Shown: piece by piece, positions 1-8,615 of the stretch | How the letters are laid out: each line of letters begins with the position of its first letter | How positions within the stretch are numbered: the first letter of the stretch is position 1 | Virus record (IMG/VR): IMGVR_UViG_3300031787_000115 | Location: 1 to 62,585 of that record | Direction: 5' to 3' (one strand) | Length of the DNA: 62,585 nucleotides | Source: a virus | Taxonomy: Duplodnaviria; Caudoviricetes | Translations under genes and position numbers: made by a program | The notes under the pieces: generated by a model | The model's database searches: none | What the model was told of the DNA's origin: nothing | Seen by the model: only the letters and a program-made list of their open reading frames with translations

Positions 1-247
1 CGGCGCAGAGCGAAAGCCAGCAACGGCGGAGGAGTCGCATGGTGGTGTTGGTGGTGCCGGCTGATCCTAGTGGTGCTGCTTCCATTTGGAAACGCGAGCA
101 GAGTGACGGACGCTATGGCTTGGCGCGAGGGCCTGGCGCAGGGTGGCGGGGAGAGCGGCAGCCCGGGGCAACCCGGGCCTTTCCTCAGCTCAGCAGGGTG
201 GCCAGGCCGACCGCCAGCAGATGGGCGGCGAGGTTGGAGAGGCTGCG
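1..247 (+). repeat. Terminal direct repeat / circularisation overlap, copy 1
   Basis: 1-247 matches 62339-62585 except two T/C differences (116 vs 62454, 120 vs 62458). Confidence 0.97.
80..91. promoter_or_regulatory. Palindromic operator-like site TTCC-ATTT-GGAA in a leftward promoter
   Basis: Minus strand reads TTTCCA-17 nt-TAGGAT; the same palindrome family occurs at 1044, 6038, 6513, 46699, 58455. Confidence 0.55.
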
Positions 248-355
248 GCCCTGGCGGCGGGATTCCCCGCGCAGCTGGTCGTAGGTGTCGAGCGGCAGGG
301 TGATGGACAGCCGCACCGGGCGGCGGGAGCCCGGCGGCAGATCGGCGGGGGTCAT
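185..355 (-). CDS. Small ribbon-helix-helix (CopG/Arc-like) DNA-binding protein
   Basis: PVRLSITLPLDTYDQLRGESRRQGRSLSNLAAHLL is a typical RHH pattern; ATG at 355 chosen. Confidence 0.75.
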   Translation of the reverse strand: MTPADLPPGSRRPVRLSITLPLDTYDQLRGESRRQGRSLSNLAAHLLAVGLATLLS

Positions 356-487
356 GGGTTGCGGTGGTGGTGGTGCGCCGGTCTGACCGGCTGGGCTCCA
401 CTGTCGGCGCGGTGACGTCAGACCACGCAGGAGGGAAGCCCGTCCAGTCTGGCGAACTTCCCGCACGCGGGACACTCGGGCGGCGGA

Positions 488-919
488 TCAGCCCAGCATC
501 AGCAGCAGATCAGCACGGCGGGCGTCCCGCACCTTGGCCCCACGGTGCCCACGGGAGCGGGCGAGGGTGCGCAACTGGGCGACGGTCAGCCCGTCGTGGG
601 GCGGGGCGGCCACAGCGGCCGGTGGGCGGGCTGTGGCGCAGGCCATGACCACCGGCCGGGGCTCCGGCACGAAGCGGGCGGCGGGCAGGGGCGTGATCGA
701 CGCGGCGGCCAGTACCGGCGGGGCGGCGGGGGCCGGGGCAGCCAGGCCCATGAGGCGGCAGTGGAGGGCGGCCAGCTGCTGGCTGCGGTCATCGATCGCC
801 AGGCGCAGCAGGCGGCCCAGGTCGTAGGCGGTGTGACCCAGCAGCAGGGCCAGGGTGATCAGCAGTGCGACGGGGCGCACGAGGGAGCGGACGGCGCGCT
901 CGAGGCGGGTGGTTTCCAT
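488..919 (-). CDS. Hypothetical protein, N-terminal hydrophobic helix and C-terminal Rho-N/HeH-like motif
   Basis: C-terminal LTVAQLRTLARSRG..ARRADLL. Confidence 0.7.
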   Translation of the reverse strand: METTRLERAVRSLVRPVALLITLALLLGHTAYDLGRLLRLAIDDRSQQLAALHCRLMGLAAPAPAAPPVLAAASITPLPAARFVPEPRPVVMACATARPPAAVAAPPHDGLTVAQLRTLARSRGHRGAKVRDARRADLLLMLG

Positions 920-1027
920 GGTGGTGAAGGGTGGCGCTGCCGGCCGGAGCGCTCAGGCTCAACGGCGGGCGGGGAATGGGGGTACACGTTGGGGGGGGGT
1001 TTGCCCGTCCACCGCGGTGTACCTGCC

Positions 1028-1056
1028 CACTATAGGCCCGCGCTTCCAATCGGCAA
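1028..1056 (-). promoter_or_regulatory. Putative sigma70-type promoter overlapped by operator palindrome
   Basis: Minus strand TTGCCG-16 nt-TATAGT; TTCC-AATC-GGCA at 1044-1055. Confidence 0.5.
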
Positions 1057-1206
1057 GCGAATCACCCGGCGGGCCTGGTGCGCGGATGTCGGCCGATGTC
1101 TGACGTCTGTCGGACGCATCCGGTAAACTGTGGCGACTGCCGGGGTGGTTCCCGGCTGTCGCTGCTGAACGATGCCCCTTGGGGCGCAGCTCAGTGGTGG
1201 TGCGCG

Positions 1207-1237
1207 AGAGCCCCGTCAGTTCGCTGGCGGGGCTTTC
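1207..1237. terminator. Intrinsic terminator-like hairpin downstream of rusA
   Basis: AGCCCCGTCAG-TTCG-CTGGCGGGGCT followed by TTC. Confidence 0.55.
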
Positions 1238-1244
1238 GTATGCG

Positions 1245-1685
1245 CTATGGCAGGGGGATCACCGTGATCACGGCCCCGGGCGGTTCGTCGGGCAGGCAGT
1301 AGCGCTTCTGCGCCGTCAGGCTGACCACCTGGGAGTCATCGCGCAGCAGGCAGCCGCCAGCATCGGCGGAGAGGCCATCGAGGGTGCTCCGGCACAGCTT
1401 GTCGATGTCGCCGGCCCCGCGGCTGGTCAGGTGCTGGGGCGCGGACGCCTTGAGGCCACGGGCCCCGATGTGGCCGCGGGGGCGAGCGAACAGGAAGACG
1501 ATCGACACAGAAACGGCCCCCTCGATGAGGGAGCCGGCGTGGGTCTCGACGGTGGCGGTGATCACGGCCAGGCGCCAGGGCCTGACCCGCTTGGAGCTCT
1601 CCACCATCACCCCGCGACCAACGGCCCGCTTCGACCCCTGGGCGCCGGGGAGGCCGTAGACGCGCAGGGTGATGGCGTCAGGCAT
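1245..1685 (-). CDS. rusA: RusA-family Holliday junction resolvase
   Basis: PGAQGSKR N-terminus; GDIDKLCRSTLDGL..LRDDSQVV acidic motifs. Confidence 0.9.
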   Translation of the reverse strand: MPDAITLRVYGLPGAQGSKRAVGRGVMVESSKRVRPWRLAVITATVETHAGSLIEGAVSVSIVFLFARPRGHIGARGLKASAPQHLTSRGAGDIDKLCRSTLDGLSADAGGCLLRDDSQVVSLTAQKRYCLPDEPPGAVITVIPLP

Positions 1686-2119
1686 CAGAACGGAATGTCA
1701 TCGCCGTCGAAGGATTCCTGAGCTGAGGAGTTCCAGGCCTGCGCCGGCTGCCGGCCACCTCCACGAGCGGGAGCCGGCTGGCGGTCGCCACCACGGGAGG
1801 GGAGCACCTCGACCGCCGACGCCTTGATCACGTTGTCCGTGGCCTCCTCGCCGTTGCGCTTCTGGTAACGCTCGACGGCGACGCGGCCGGTGACGCGGAT
1901 CATCTGGCCTTTCTGCACGTCGGCCAGCACCATGGCGGCTTCGTCCCAGGCTTCGACTGAGAACCAGATCGACTCCTGATCCTTGCCCTGGTTGATGGCG
2001 ATGCGGTTCTTGGCCTTGGATCCGCCGTTGTCGAAGGTCTTGAGGTCGGAGTCGCGGCCGGTGCGACCGATGAAGGTGAACTGAGCCGAGCGGAAGACGT
2101 CGGCAGCGAGTTGTGACAT
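1685..2119 (-). CDS. ssb: Single-stranded DNA-binding protein
   Basis: OB-fold pattern (FIGRTGRD..WFSVEAW..KGQMIRVTGR) and acidic DDIPF tail. Confidence 0.93.
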   Translation of the reverse strand: MSQLAADVFRSAQFTFIGRTGRDSDLKTFDNGGSKAKNRIAINQGKDQESIWFSVEAWDEAAMVLADVQKGQMIRVTGRVAVERYQKRNGEEATDNVIKASAVEVLPSRGGDRQPAPARGGGRQPAQAWNSSAQESFDGDDIPF

Positions 2120-2172
2120 GGGTCCGTGATGAAGGGTTGACGTGCCGGGATGGGCTCCCGGCGGGCCATGGA

Positions 2173-2925
2173 TCAGGCGGCGCCAGCGACCGTGGGCTGC
2201 TCCCAGTGGATCGGCGGATCCTCGGGGTCAAACTCCTCACCCTGCTCCTGGTTGGCAAGCGGAGCAGCGGCAGGCATGGCGGCGCCATTCCAGCGAGCGA
2301 TCTCGGCATCGGACGCGCCCTGGTGGCCCAGGCGCTTGAGGATCGCCAGCGGCAGATCATCGAGGCGGTGGACACCGGGAGGCGCCAGCTCGGCCAGCAT
2401 CGCCTGGGCACCCTCGCGGGTCAGGCCAGCAGCAGCCAGGGCCTTGCGGGCGGTGGCGGCAGCGATGGCGCGATCGTCGCGGGGCGGGGCGCCGTTGCCG
2501 TTGCGGGCAGCGGTGCGGGTCGGGGCTGGCGCGGCGCTGTTGCCGTCGTCGTCGTCATCCGGGGCCAGACCGTAGGCGGCCAGCAGGCTGTAGCGGCGGG
2601 CGTAGGTGATCGCGCTGCCGTTCTTCTGCCAGTCGGCGGTGAACCCGATCGGCAGGGTGCTGCGGATGCTCGAGCCGGCCGCGTGGTGGATGGTGGTGAC
2701 CAGCAGGGTGGCCCCGTCGGCCGTCTGCTCAAAGGTCTGGGCGTGGCTCAGTCCGTGGGCAGTGGCCGGACGCACGGCCTCGATCACGGACGCCAGGGTG
2801 GCGTAGGTGTTCTTGAAGTGAGGGTTGCGGGCGTCCTTCGGGACACCGGCGGCCTCGCCCTGGAACGCGGCGAGGGCCTGATAGAGCGCCAGTTGTGGGT
2901 CCGGCGCCGGGGAGGCGGTAGGCAT
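2173..2925 (-). CDS. ERF-family single-strand annealing protein
   Basis: KDARNPHFKNTYATL and GSAITYARRYSL..GLAPDDDDDGN signatures. Confidence 0.92.
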   Translation of the reverse strand: MPTASPAPDPQLALYQALAAFQGEAAGVPKDARNPHFKNTYATLASVIEAVRPATAHGLSHAQTFEQTADGATLLVTTIHHAAGSSIRSTLPIGFTADWQKNGSAITYARRYSLLAAYGLAPDDDDDGNSAAPAPTRTAARNGNGAPPRDDRAIAAATARKALAAAGLTREGAQAMLAELAPPGVHRLDDLPLAILKRLGHQGASDAEIARWNGAAMPAAAPLANQEQGEEFDPEDPPIHWEQPTVAGAA

Positions 2926-3115
2926 GACGGTGGTTGATGGTGGTGCGGCGCCCCTGTCGGGTCGCTGGCCCATCCTACCGCGCCAGCTTGGCCGTTTCCA
3001 ATGAGCAGCGGCTGTGCTTCAGGTCTGCCATGCTGCCCCGGCCACCGCGTTCGGCGACCACAGACCGCCTGCCCTCGTCGGGGGGGGGGAGACTGGGGCG
3101 CTTTCTTGCTGAAAA

Positions 3116-3406
3116 ATGCCCATCACCATCACGGTTACGACAGCCACGGAAGCCGGTCAGGTCTGGAGGGCGTTACGGCAGCAGGATCAGATCCACGAGG
3201 CGGCCATCCATCTGGAGGGCGTGGGCCATGTGTGGACAGCCGTCAGGCTCGACGGCGCCCGCTGGTCAACTCGGCGTGCAATTCGGCGGGGCCGTAGCTC
3301 CCAGTCGGCAGACTCCGCAGACACTCCACCAGTGCAGCCAGGTCCGGGATCTCAGCCTCGAACTCCTCTGAGGTCCAATCCATCTGCCCCAGGCACAGCA
3401 TCGTGA
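3116..3406 (+). CDS. Possible small hypothetical protein
   Basis: ATG ORF with protein-like N-terminal half; 3' part overlaps the opposite-strand gene. Confidence 0.3.
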   Translation: MPITITVTTATEAGQVWRALRQQDQIHEAAIHLEGVGHVWTAVRLDGARWSTRRAIRRGRSSQSADSADTPPVQPGPGSQPRTPLRSNPSAPGTAS

Positions 3407-4007
3407 GCCGGGTCCTGGCCTCCGCGTCGTCGTTGGGGTAGGCCTCCAGGATCCGCGCCATGCCCTCCCCCGGCCCCCAGCCAGCCGTCTGCCAGTGCTC
3501 CAGCAGGAGGGTTGACAGGCGGCGGCTCAGGTCCGGGCCATCGAACTGCGAGAGCTTGACCGCGACGTCGGGCAAGACGAGATACCCGGCGAACAGCTCC
3601 ACGAAGTCGCCGAAGCACAAGGGGTCAACCGGGTGATCCGGGTGGGGCAACCAGACGGCATCGGTCAGCCACTCCGGCTGCACACCGTGGCTGGAGTAGG
3701 GCCCGTACTCCTCGATGCAGCGGGCTTCACCCTGGGTCTGCCAGCGCCAGATCGCGGCGTTGAGGGCTGACAGAGCCTCGAACAGCATCAGCCCCGGGCG
3801 GGTAACCTTGGCGTTCCGCAGGTGGCTGAGCTGGCTGCTGCCGAGGAACCCGGACTCGCGCAGAGCCCAGTCGGTGATGGCCGCCACCTGGTCATGTGAG
3901 AGGCCCGCGCGGCCGAGCCAGGTGTTCACCACGGCTGCCATGTGGCTCCTTCCGCGATCGTGGCGGCGACTGGGGATCTGACGATCCAGGTCGGGGGCAG
4001 GGCCCAT
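3243..4007 (-). CDS. Putative XRE-like HTH transcriptional regulator (repressor candidate)
   Basis: GLSHDQVAAIT..SSQLSHLRNAKVTRPG resembles an XRE HTH; the longer ORF-track start runs through the non-coding array; start uncertain. Confidence 0.55.
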   Translation of the reverse strand: MGPAPDLDRQIPSRRHDRGRSHMAAVVNTWLGRAGLSHDQVAAITDWALRESGFLGSSQLSHLRNAKVTRPGLMLFEALSALNAAIWRWQTQGEARCIEEYGPYSSHGVQPEWLTDAVWLPHPDHPVDPLCFGDFVELFAGYLVLPDVAVKLSQFDGPDLSRRLSTLLLEHWQTAGWGPGEGMARILEAYPNDDAEARTRLTMLCLGQMDWTSEEFEAEIPDLAALVECLRSLPTGSYGPAELHAELTSGRRRA

Positions 4008-4039
4008 GGGGCGGTGGTTGGTGGTGGTGCCCGCACGGT

Positions 4040-4729
4040 AGCCGGATGGGGCCGGAAGATCCCAGAACGGTGCGGGGTGGTGCAGAACGGTGCAGAGTGC
4101 TGCGTGGGGCGGTTCGGTTGCCAAACGAAAGCCCCGGGGGTGCCGGGTCGGTGGTGGCCGGAAGGCCCTGTGCGGTGAGTCGCGGCGGGCGGCGATGCGC
4201 AGCGGAGCATGGCTGGGGGGAGCAATGCGGAGCAAAGCGGTGCGATGCGCCGGTGGTGGGTCAACCCACCGGAGAGGAGCCCTCAGCGGTGGGGTGTGGG
4301 GCCTCGATTGAGGCCCCCCGTGGTGTGCGTTGCGTCGAGCGGCGCAGGGACGCTGGGCGCAGAGTGGCGGTGAGAAGCAAAGCGCAGCACGGCGGCGCGG
4401 AGTGGTGGGCATCAGCCCACCGTCAGACCATAGGTCGGAGGGTGGGTTGTGGGCCCCGTGAGGGGCCCCTGTGGTGTGCGTTGCGCTGCGCGGCTCAGCG
4501 AAGCGGCGCGATCGTGGCGAGGCGCGGCGTCGTGGTGAGTCACCCCACCAGGCAGCCGGTGGCTGCGGGCTGGGGTGGGCGGGCCCCCGGAGGGCCCCCC
4601 TGTGGAGTGCGTCGCAAGGCAAGGCGTCGCGCGGCGCGGTGTCGCAGGGCATTGAGACGGGGCGCGGGGCATTGAGACGGGGCGCGGGGCGCGGCGGCCT
4701 GGGGCTTACACCTGACGGATGCCCAGGCC
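4040..4729 (-). ncRNA. Array of hairpin-delimited pentamer-repeat cassettes (candidate guide RNAs, locus 1)
   Basis: Four complete ~130-150-nt units plus one partial; in-phase tracts at 4172-4251, 4327-4401, 4478-4531, 4609-4698 (plus strand GNR-NN); partly shared flanks GTGGTGTGCG and GTGGTGGG-N4-5-CCCACC; GC hairpins. Confidence 0.75.
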
Positions 4730-4730
4730 A

Positions 4731-5246
4731 TCAGCTCCCCTCCAGCTTCGGCGCCTGCTTGCCGGCACGCTTCAACAGCCGGAGCTGCTTCTGTGCGCCC
4801 TGGGCCGAGGCCGCGATGAAACTGTGAACGTTGATCCTGTTCTGGTGCTCCCGCCGGGCGGCACCGGTGAGCTTCGATTCGTCAACCGCGTTGACCAGTC
4901 GGCCAGTGGCCCGCTGGTGACGACGCAGGCCAGAGAAGGCCTGATCGTTCAGGTAGGCGCTCGCCTTGTCATCGGTCAGCACGTTGATGCAACCACCGGA
5001 GGTGTTCATCACCAGCGGCGGCAGCCCCGCTTGGTTGCGGTCGCGCTCCAGCCACTGGATCACCCGCTGCAACACAAGCGACAGGCGGGCCGCCTTCGCG
5101 GTCTCCTCGTCACCGTGCTGGGTCAGCCAGCCCTGGTAGGTCTCTTGCCGGCGGGTGATGAAGTAGGTCCACGCCTGATCGGCGGGGATGGTCTGTCCCT
5201 TGTAGAGGGACATGGCATCGATCGATGCAATCCTGGGGCTCGACAT
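4731..5246 (-). CDS. Accessory protein of Cas7-like locus 1 (unknown function)
   Basis: ATG overlaps the TGA of the upstream Cas7-like gene (TGATG); 171 aa, basic C-terminus. Confidence 0.8.
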   Translation of the reverse strand: MSSPRIASIDAMSLYKGQTIPADQAWTYFITRRQETYQGWLTQHGDEETAKAARLSLVLQRVIQWLERDRNQAGLPPLVMNTSGGCINVLTDDKASAYLNDQAFSGLRRHQRATGRLVNAVDESKLTGAARREHQNRINVHSFIAASAQGAQKQLRLLKRAGKQAPKLEGS

Positions 5247-5875
5247 CAGGCCACCTCCACTTCGTCGAGCCGGGTGACGCTGAAACGGCCATTGGCGGGC
5301 CGCCAGGTGCCGAGGCCTTCGGCAATACCGGCGCGGTCGATGATCTTCGCCAGCGTCGTGGGATCGATGATCTCGTCGTTGACGAGGAGGTTGTAGGTCG
5401 CGCTCCACTGGGGCAGCCGGAGCCTGACGGCAACGACACCACGGCCGGTGGGGGCGACGGACACGAAGCGCGGATCTTCGTACATCAGCTCCGCATCACG
5501 GGGCCCGTCGTAGATCAGCTCCGCGTCGTTCTCGACGACGATGGCCCGCTTGGTGTCTTTGCCGAGCTTCCAGGCGGTAGCGCCGTCGCGGATGCAACGC
5601 TGCAGATTGTGGGCAGGCAGAAATGGATCGGAGAAACCGCGGAACTTGGAGTCACCATCCAGGGCAGGACCGTAGACGAACTCTCCCTCGGTGCCCCAGT
5701 AGCCGGAGAACAACCACTTGAGCCGGCGGAGTGCGTGTTCGTTGCGGTTCTTCTTGAGGCTGGTGAAGTAGTCGGTAGCGGCTTTGTGGATCCCGAGGGG
5801 ATCCATCTCGCAGGGGTTGCCGAAGATCAGAGGGCGGGTGCCCTGGATCGTCAGCTCGAAACGGCGGAAGGCCAT
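5246..5875 (-). CDS. Stand-alone Cas7/RAMP-like protein (locus 1)
   Basis: N-terminal FELTIQGTRPLIF strand, central PFLPAHNLQRCIRDGA helix, C-terminal glycine loop AGIAEGLGTWRPANGRFSV; 209 aa. Confidence 0.72.
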   Translation of the reverse strand: MAFRRFELTIQGTRPLIFGNPCEMDPLGIHKAATDYFTSLKKNRNEHALRRLKWLFSGYWGTEGEFVYGPALDGDSKFRGFSDPFLPAHNLQRCIRDGATAWKLGKDTKRAIVVENDAELIYDGPRDAELMYEDPRFVSVAPTGRGVVAVRLRLPQWSATYNLLVNDEIIDPTTLAKIIDRAGIAEGLGTWRPANGRFSVTRLDEVEVA

Positions 5876-5904
5876 AGGTGTGTTCCTCGTGGGTTTGGTT
5901 GGGT

Positions 5905-6033
5905 GGGGCCGGAATCCGGCCCCCTGTGGTGTGCGGCGAGAGGCGCTGCGTCGAATGCGAGGCGACGCGAAGCAAAGCGAAGCAGTGTGGCGGGTATCAG
6001 CCCACCGGACAGCCGGAGCTGTGCGGTGGGGTG
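5905..6033 (-). ncRNA. Additional pentamer cassette in the leader of the Cas7-like gene
   Basis: Same flanks as the 4040-4729 units (CCCCTGTGGTGTGCG; GGGTATCAGCCCACC; hairpins); tract 5933-5986. Confidence 0.72.
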
Positions 6034-6059
6034 TCCCTGCCAGTTGGCAACCGAATCGC

Positions 6060-6284
6060 TCACGCCTGCCCAACCTTCAGCCGGCGGCTGCGCATGGTCA
6101 ACGCCTCCTCGACGGCTTGCAGGTTCCAGCGCAGGCGCGGTCGCACCTGGCCGATGCCGGCGTAGCGGTAATGGCGGCCGGCCGTCAGGACACCTTGTCG
6201 GCGCAAGGCCTTGAGGGTTGAGGCGCACATGCCCACGGCAGCGCACACCTCGGCCGTGGTGTAGGCGAACAGCGTCTTCGTCAC
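6060..6284 (-). CDS. Excisionase/MerR-like winged-HTH protein
   Basis: YTTAEVCAAVGMCASTLKALRRQGVLTAGRHY..LRWNLQAV; GTG start. Confidence 0.7.
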   Translation of the reverse strand: MTKTLFAYTTAEVCAAVGMCASTLKALRRQGVLTAGRHYRYAGIGQVRPRLRWNLQAVEEALTMRSRRLKVGQA

Positions 6285-6572
6285 GGCTGGCCACCGGCGG
6301 ACGCCAGGGCAGCAGCGAACAGCCGCCACCCGCAGGGGATGGTCATGGGTCGGTTGAGGTGGGGTGCGTGTCGCCGCCGATGGGCAGCAACGGGGGAAGC
6401 ATACCCCACCGCTTCCGATCCGCAACGGCAGCAGCCCCCAGACACCAGAAAGCCCCCGCGCAGCTGCAGCAGGGGCTCGGTGGGGGACTGGCCGGCATCC
6501 TACCGGCATCGGTCCCGATTGGAAGCAGCGGGTAGGATGGACGGTGCGGCCTGCTGCGGACTGCAGCGACGC

Positions 6573-6600
6573 AAAAAAAAGCCGGGGTTTCCCCCGGCTG
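6573..6600 (-). terminator. Intrinsic terminator (minus strand)
   Basis: A8 run followed by GCCGGGG-TTTC-CCCCGGC hairpin. Confidence 0.6.
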
Positions 6601-6671
6601 CCGTCCTCAAGCCCTGCAAGGCCGGGACGGCGGAATCCCTGATTCACAGACCAATCACAGGAGCACTTTAC

Positions 6672-7658
6672 ATGCCAACTGACAGCGGAGCGGCCAAGGG
6701 CGGGGATCGGTTGACCCGCCGGCCGTTCGTGATGCTCTCGCTCGACCTGGTGGAACAGTGCGCCGAACGCAAGGGCACCCTGTTTGTCTACGCCTGGCTC
6801 TGGCACTACGCCGGCCGCGATGACGCCGCCTGGCCCTCGCTCGATCGCCTGGCGCTGGAGTGCCGGATGAAGCGCGATGACGTCCGGCAGGCCCTCAAGT
6901 GGCTCACCACCGAGGGCTGGGTCACCCGCGAAGACAGGCCCGGCGCTACCTCGATCTTCCACGTCCGCACCGAGAACCCCTCCCCCAAACGGGGGACCCC
7001 TCCCCCAGATGGGGGTACCCCCAAACGGGGGACCACACCCCTCCCCCAAATGGGGGACCCCACCCCTCCCCCAAAAGGGGCTACGAACAAGAAGCCTTTA
7101 ACAAGAGGCCTTGAACAAGAAGCCTTAGACCCCCCTACCCCCCAGCCCGAACCGATCGCCACAGCGCCGGCTGCGCCGGACGAGGGGGCAGGGGCATCCA
7201 CCGGCAAGGTCAAGCTCAGCCCCGCCGACGTCCCCGCCGACCTGGCGCCCGTGGCCGAGCTGTTCTGCACCTGGTGGAACCACCACAAGGGCGGCAAGCG
7301 GACCCAGCGCGCCCTCTCCGTCCAGCTGACCGAGCTGGGCAAGATCCAGGCTGATGCCCGGGGCGGGATCGAGGCGATCCGGGCGCAGCTCCAGAAGGCC
7401 ATCACCGCCGATGAGATCGGCCGCCGCTGGGCCGGCATCACCTTCGACCGCTGGCTCGAGTACGGGCGACCCGCTGCGCTCCAGGTTGGAAATGGAAGCG
7501 GAGGCGGCTACCGTTCCACCCGGGACCGCAAGGACGCGGAGATCAACGATCTCCTCGCCTTCCTGGCCGTCGCAGACCCCGAGTTCGCGGCACCCGGCCA
7601 GGGCGCCCTCAGCACCACCACCCAACCATCCGACTGGGAGAGCCTCGCCCATGCTTGA
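6672..7658 (+). CDS. Phage replication initiator (N-terminal winged HTH, lambda O-like architecture)
   Basis: LFVYAWLWHYAG..AWPSLDRLALECRMKRDDVRQALKWL..GWV; internal iterons. Confidence 0.8.
   Translation: MPTDSGAAKGGDRLTRRPFVMLSLDLVEQCAERKGTLFVYAWLWHYAGRDDAAWPSLDRLALECRMKRDDVRQALKWLTTEGWVTREDRPGATSIFHVRTENPSPKRGTPPPDGGTPKRGTTPLPQMGDPTPPPKGATNKKPLTRGLEQEALDPPTPQPEPIATAPAAPDEGAGASTGKVKLSPADVPADLAPVAELFCTWWNHHKGGKRTQRALSVQLTELGKIQADARGGIEAIRAQLQKAITADEIGRRWAGITFDRWLEYGRPAALQVGNGSGGGYRSTRDRKDAEINDLLAFLAVADPEFAAPGQGALSTTTQPSDWESLAHA
6978..7082. repeat. Iterons / putative replication origin inside the initiator gene
   Basis: Five copies of CCCCA(A/G)A(C/T/A)GGGG, followed by an A-rich stretch at 7083-7125. 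Confidence 0.75.
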
Positions 7659-8073
7659 CCAACAGCACTTCCTCCGCACCCTGCAGGGGATTGCGGAAAC
7701 CCTCCCCTTCGCCAAGCAGCTCGGCGCCGCCGGTGCCCTGCTGGCCTGGCAGACCGTTCCAGCTCAGGCGAAGCGGGAGCTCGGTAACGCTCACTGGACC
7801 TACGCCGCTGGGCAGTACGTGCTCGACCCCGAGCGGCCCCGTGAACTGCCTGTGTTCCTGGCACTGTTGCGGTACCTGTACCGCTGCGAGAACGGCCAGC
7901 CGAACTACGCCTGGGGCCTGAAGCCGGACCTGGCGGAGCGCATGGCCCGGCCCGACGTGTTCCACCCGCAGCCAGCAGCGCCCTACCTGCGGGGCGAACC
8001 CGACCAGCCCAGCGGTGACGCCGCCGCGATCGAAGGCCTCAACCGCCTGTTCCAGCTGCCGGAGGGCGCATGA
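7651..8073 (+). CDS. Hypothetical protein (position of a helicase loader)
   Basis: Overlaps the initiator stop; coding-like composition. Confidence 0.65.
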   Translation: MLDQQHFLRTLQGIAETLPFAKQLGAAGALLAWQTVPAQAKRELGNAHWTYAAGQYVLDPERPRELPVFLALLRYLYRCENGQPNYAWGLKPDLAERMARPDVFHPQPAAPYLRGEPDQPSGDAAAIEGLNRLFQLPEGA

Positions 8074-8615
8074 CCCCCACCGAAGCGCTGGCGGGCCTGC
8101 AGCTGGCTCGGGGCGTGGTTCGGGGTCTGTGGACCCTGGAGCAGCTGGATCGCCCCTCTGAGGCCGCTGGGGGCGTGGAGAACGACCGCCTGGCATCATT
8201 CCGCCCCGACAACCGCAGGCCGCCCTGGGAGCCGCACGAACGGCCCGCCATGGCCTACCCCGGGGCCGGCACCAGCCACCCGGTCCGCAACCTGGCCCGC
8301 GAGTGGATCGCGGCCTACCCAGACCAGTGGGCCGCCCTGCAGTCCGGCGATGATCCCGACGCTGCTGGTGGTCTCGGCACCCCGGCCAGCCGCGAGAAAG
8401 CCCGGCTGATGGTTCTCGCCTTCGATCGGCTGGTGGACAGCGGCCATGACTTCAACGCTGGCCTGGAGCGCCGGCGCATCACGTGGCCGGAGGTGATCCA
8501 GGGCCCCGTCGGCTACCGGCCGCCCTGGCATCCCGCCTGGCGTGAGGCCGGCGATGGGCTCAGCCCCGTGGGCCGGGCGGAGCAGGACCAGCAGGAGGGC
8601 AGCCATGCGGCGTGA
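8070..8615 (+). CDS. Hypothetical protein
   Basis: ATGA-coupled to the previous ORF. Confidence 0.65.
   Translation: MTPTEALAGLQLARGVVRGLWTLEQLDRPSEAAGGVENDRLASFRPDNRRPPWEPHERPAMAYPGAGTSHPVRNLAREWIAAYPDQWAALQSGDDPDAAGGLGTPASREKARLMVLAFDRLVDSGHDFNAGLERRRITWPEVIQGPVGYRPPWHPAWREAGDGLSPVGRAEQDQQEGSHAA

Noticed and set aside
1181-1240. tRNA-like start GGGGCGCAGCTCAGTGGT
   Set aside because: No anticodon arm or TTCGA T-loop in register; downstream sequence is a terminator-like hairpin
4008-4652. 469-aa ORF 3243-4652 as one protein
   Set aside because: The N-terminal ~215 aa merely read through the cassette array; the protein-like part starts near 4007
4644-4688. Cassette D NN string (ggttacgc twice) resembling integrase arm sites GGTTTACGC
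   Set aside because: Does not fit a consistent gapped or contiguous register, and the doubling is explained by a local duplication
4040-4729. Classical CRISPR array
   Set aside because: No identical 25-45-bp repeats with unique spacers and no cas1/cas2; the variable part is itself 5-nt periodic
6419-6430. 12-nt match TCCGCAACGGCA to the contiguously concatenated NN string of cassette B
   Set aside because: Covers only 6 of 15 dinucleotides with mismatched flanks; plausible by chance
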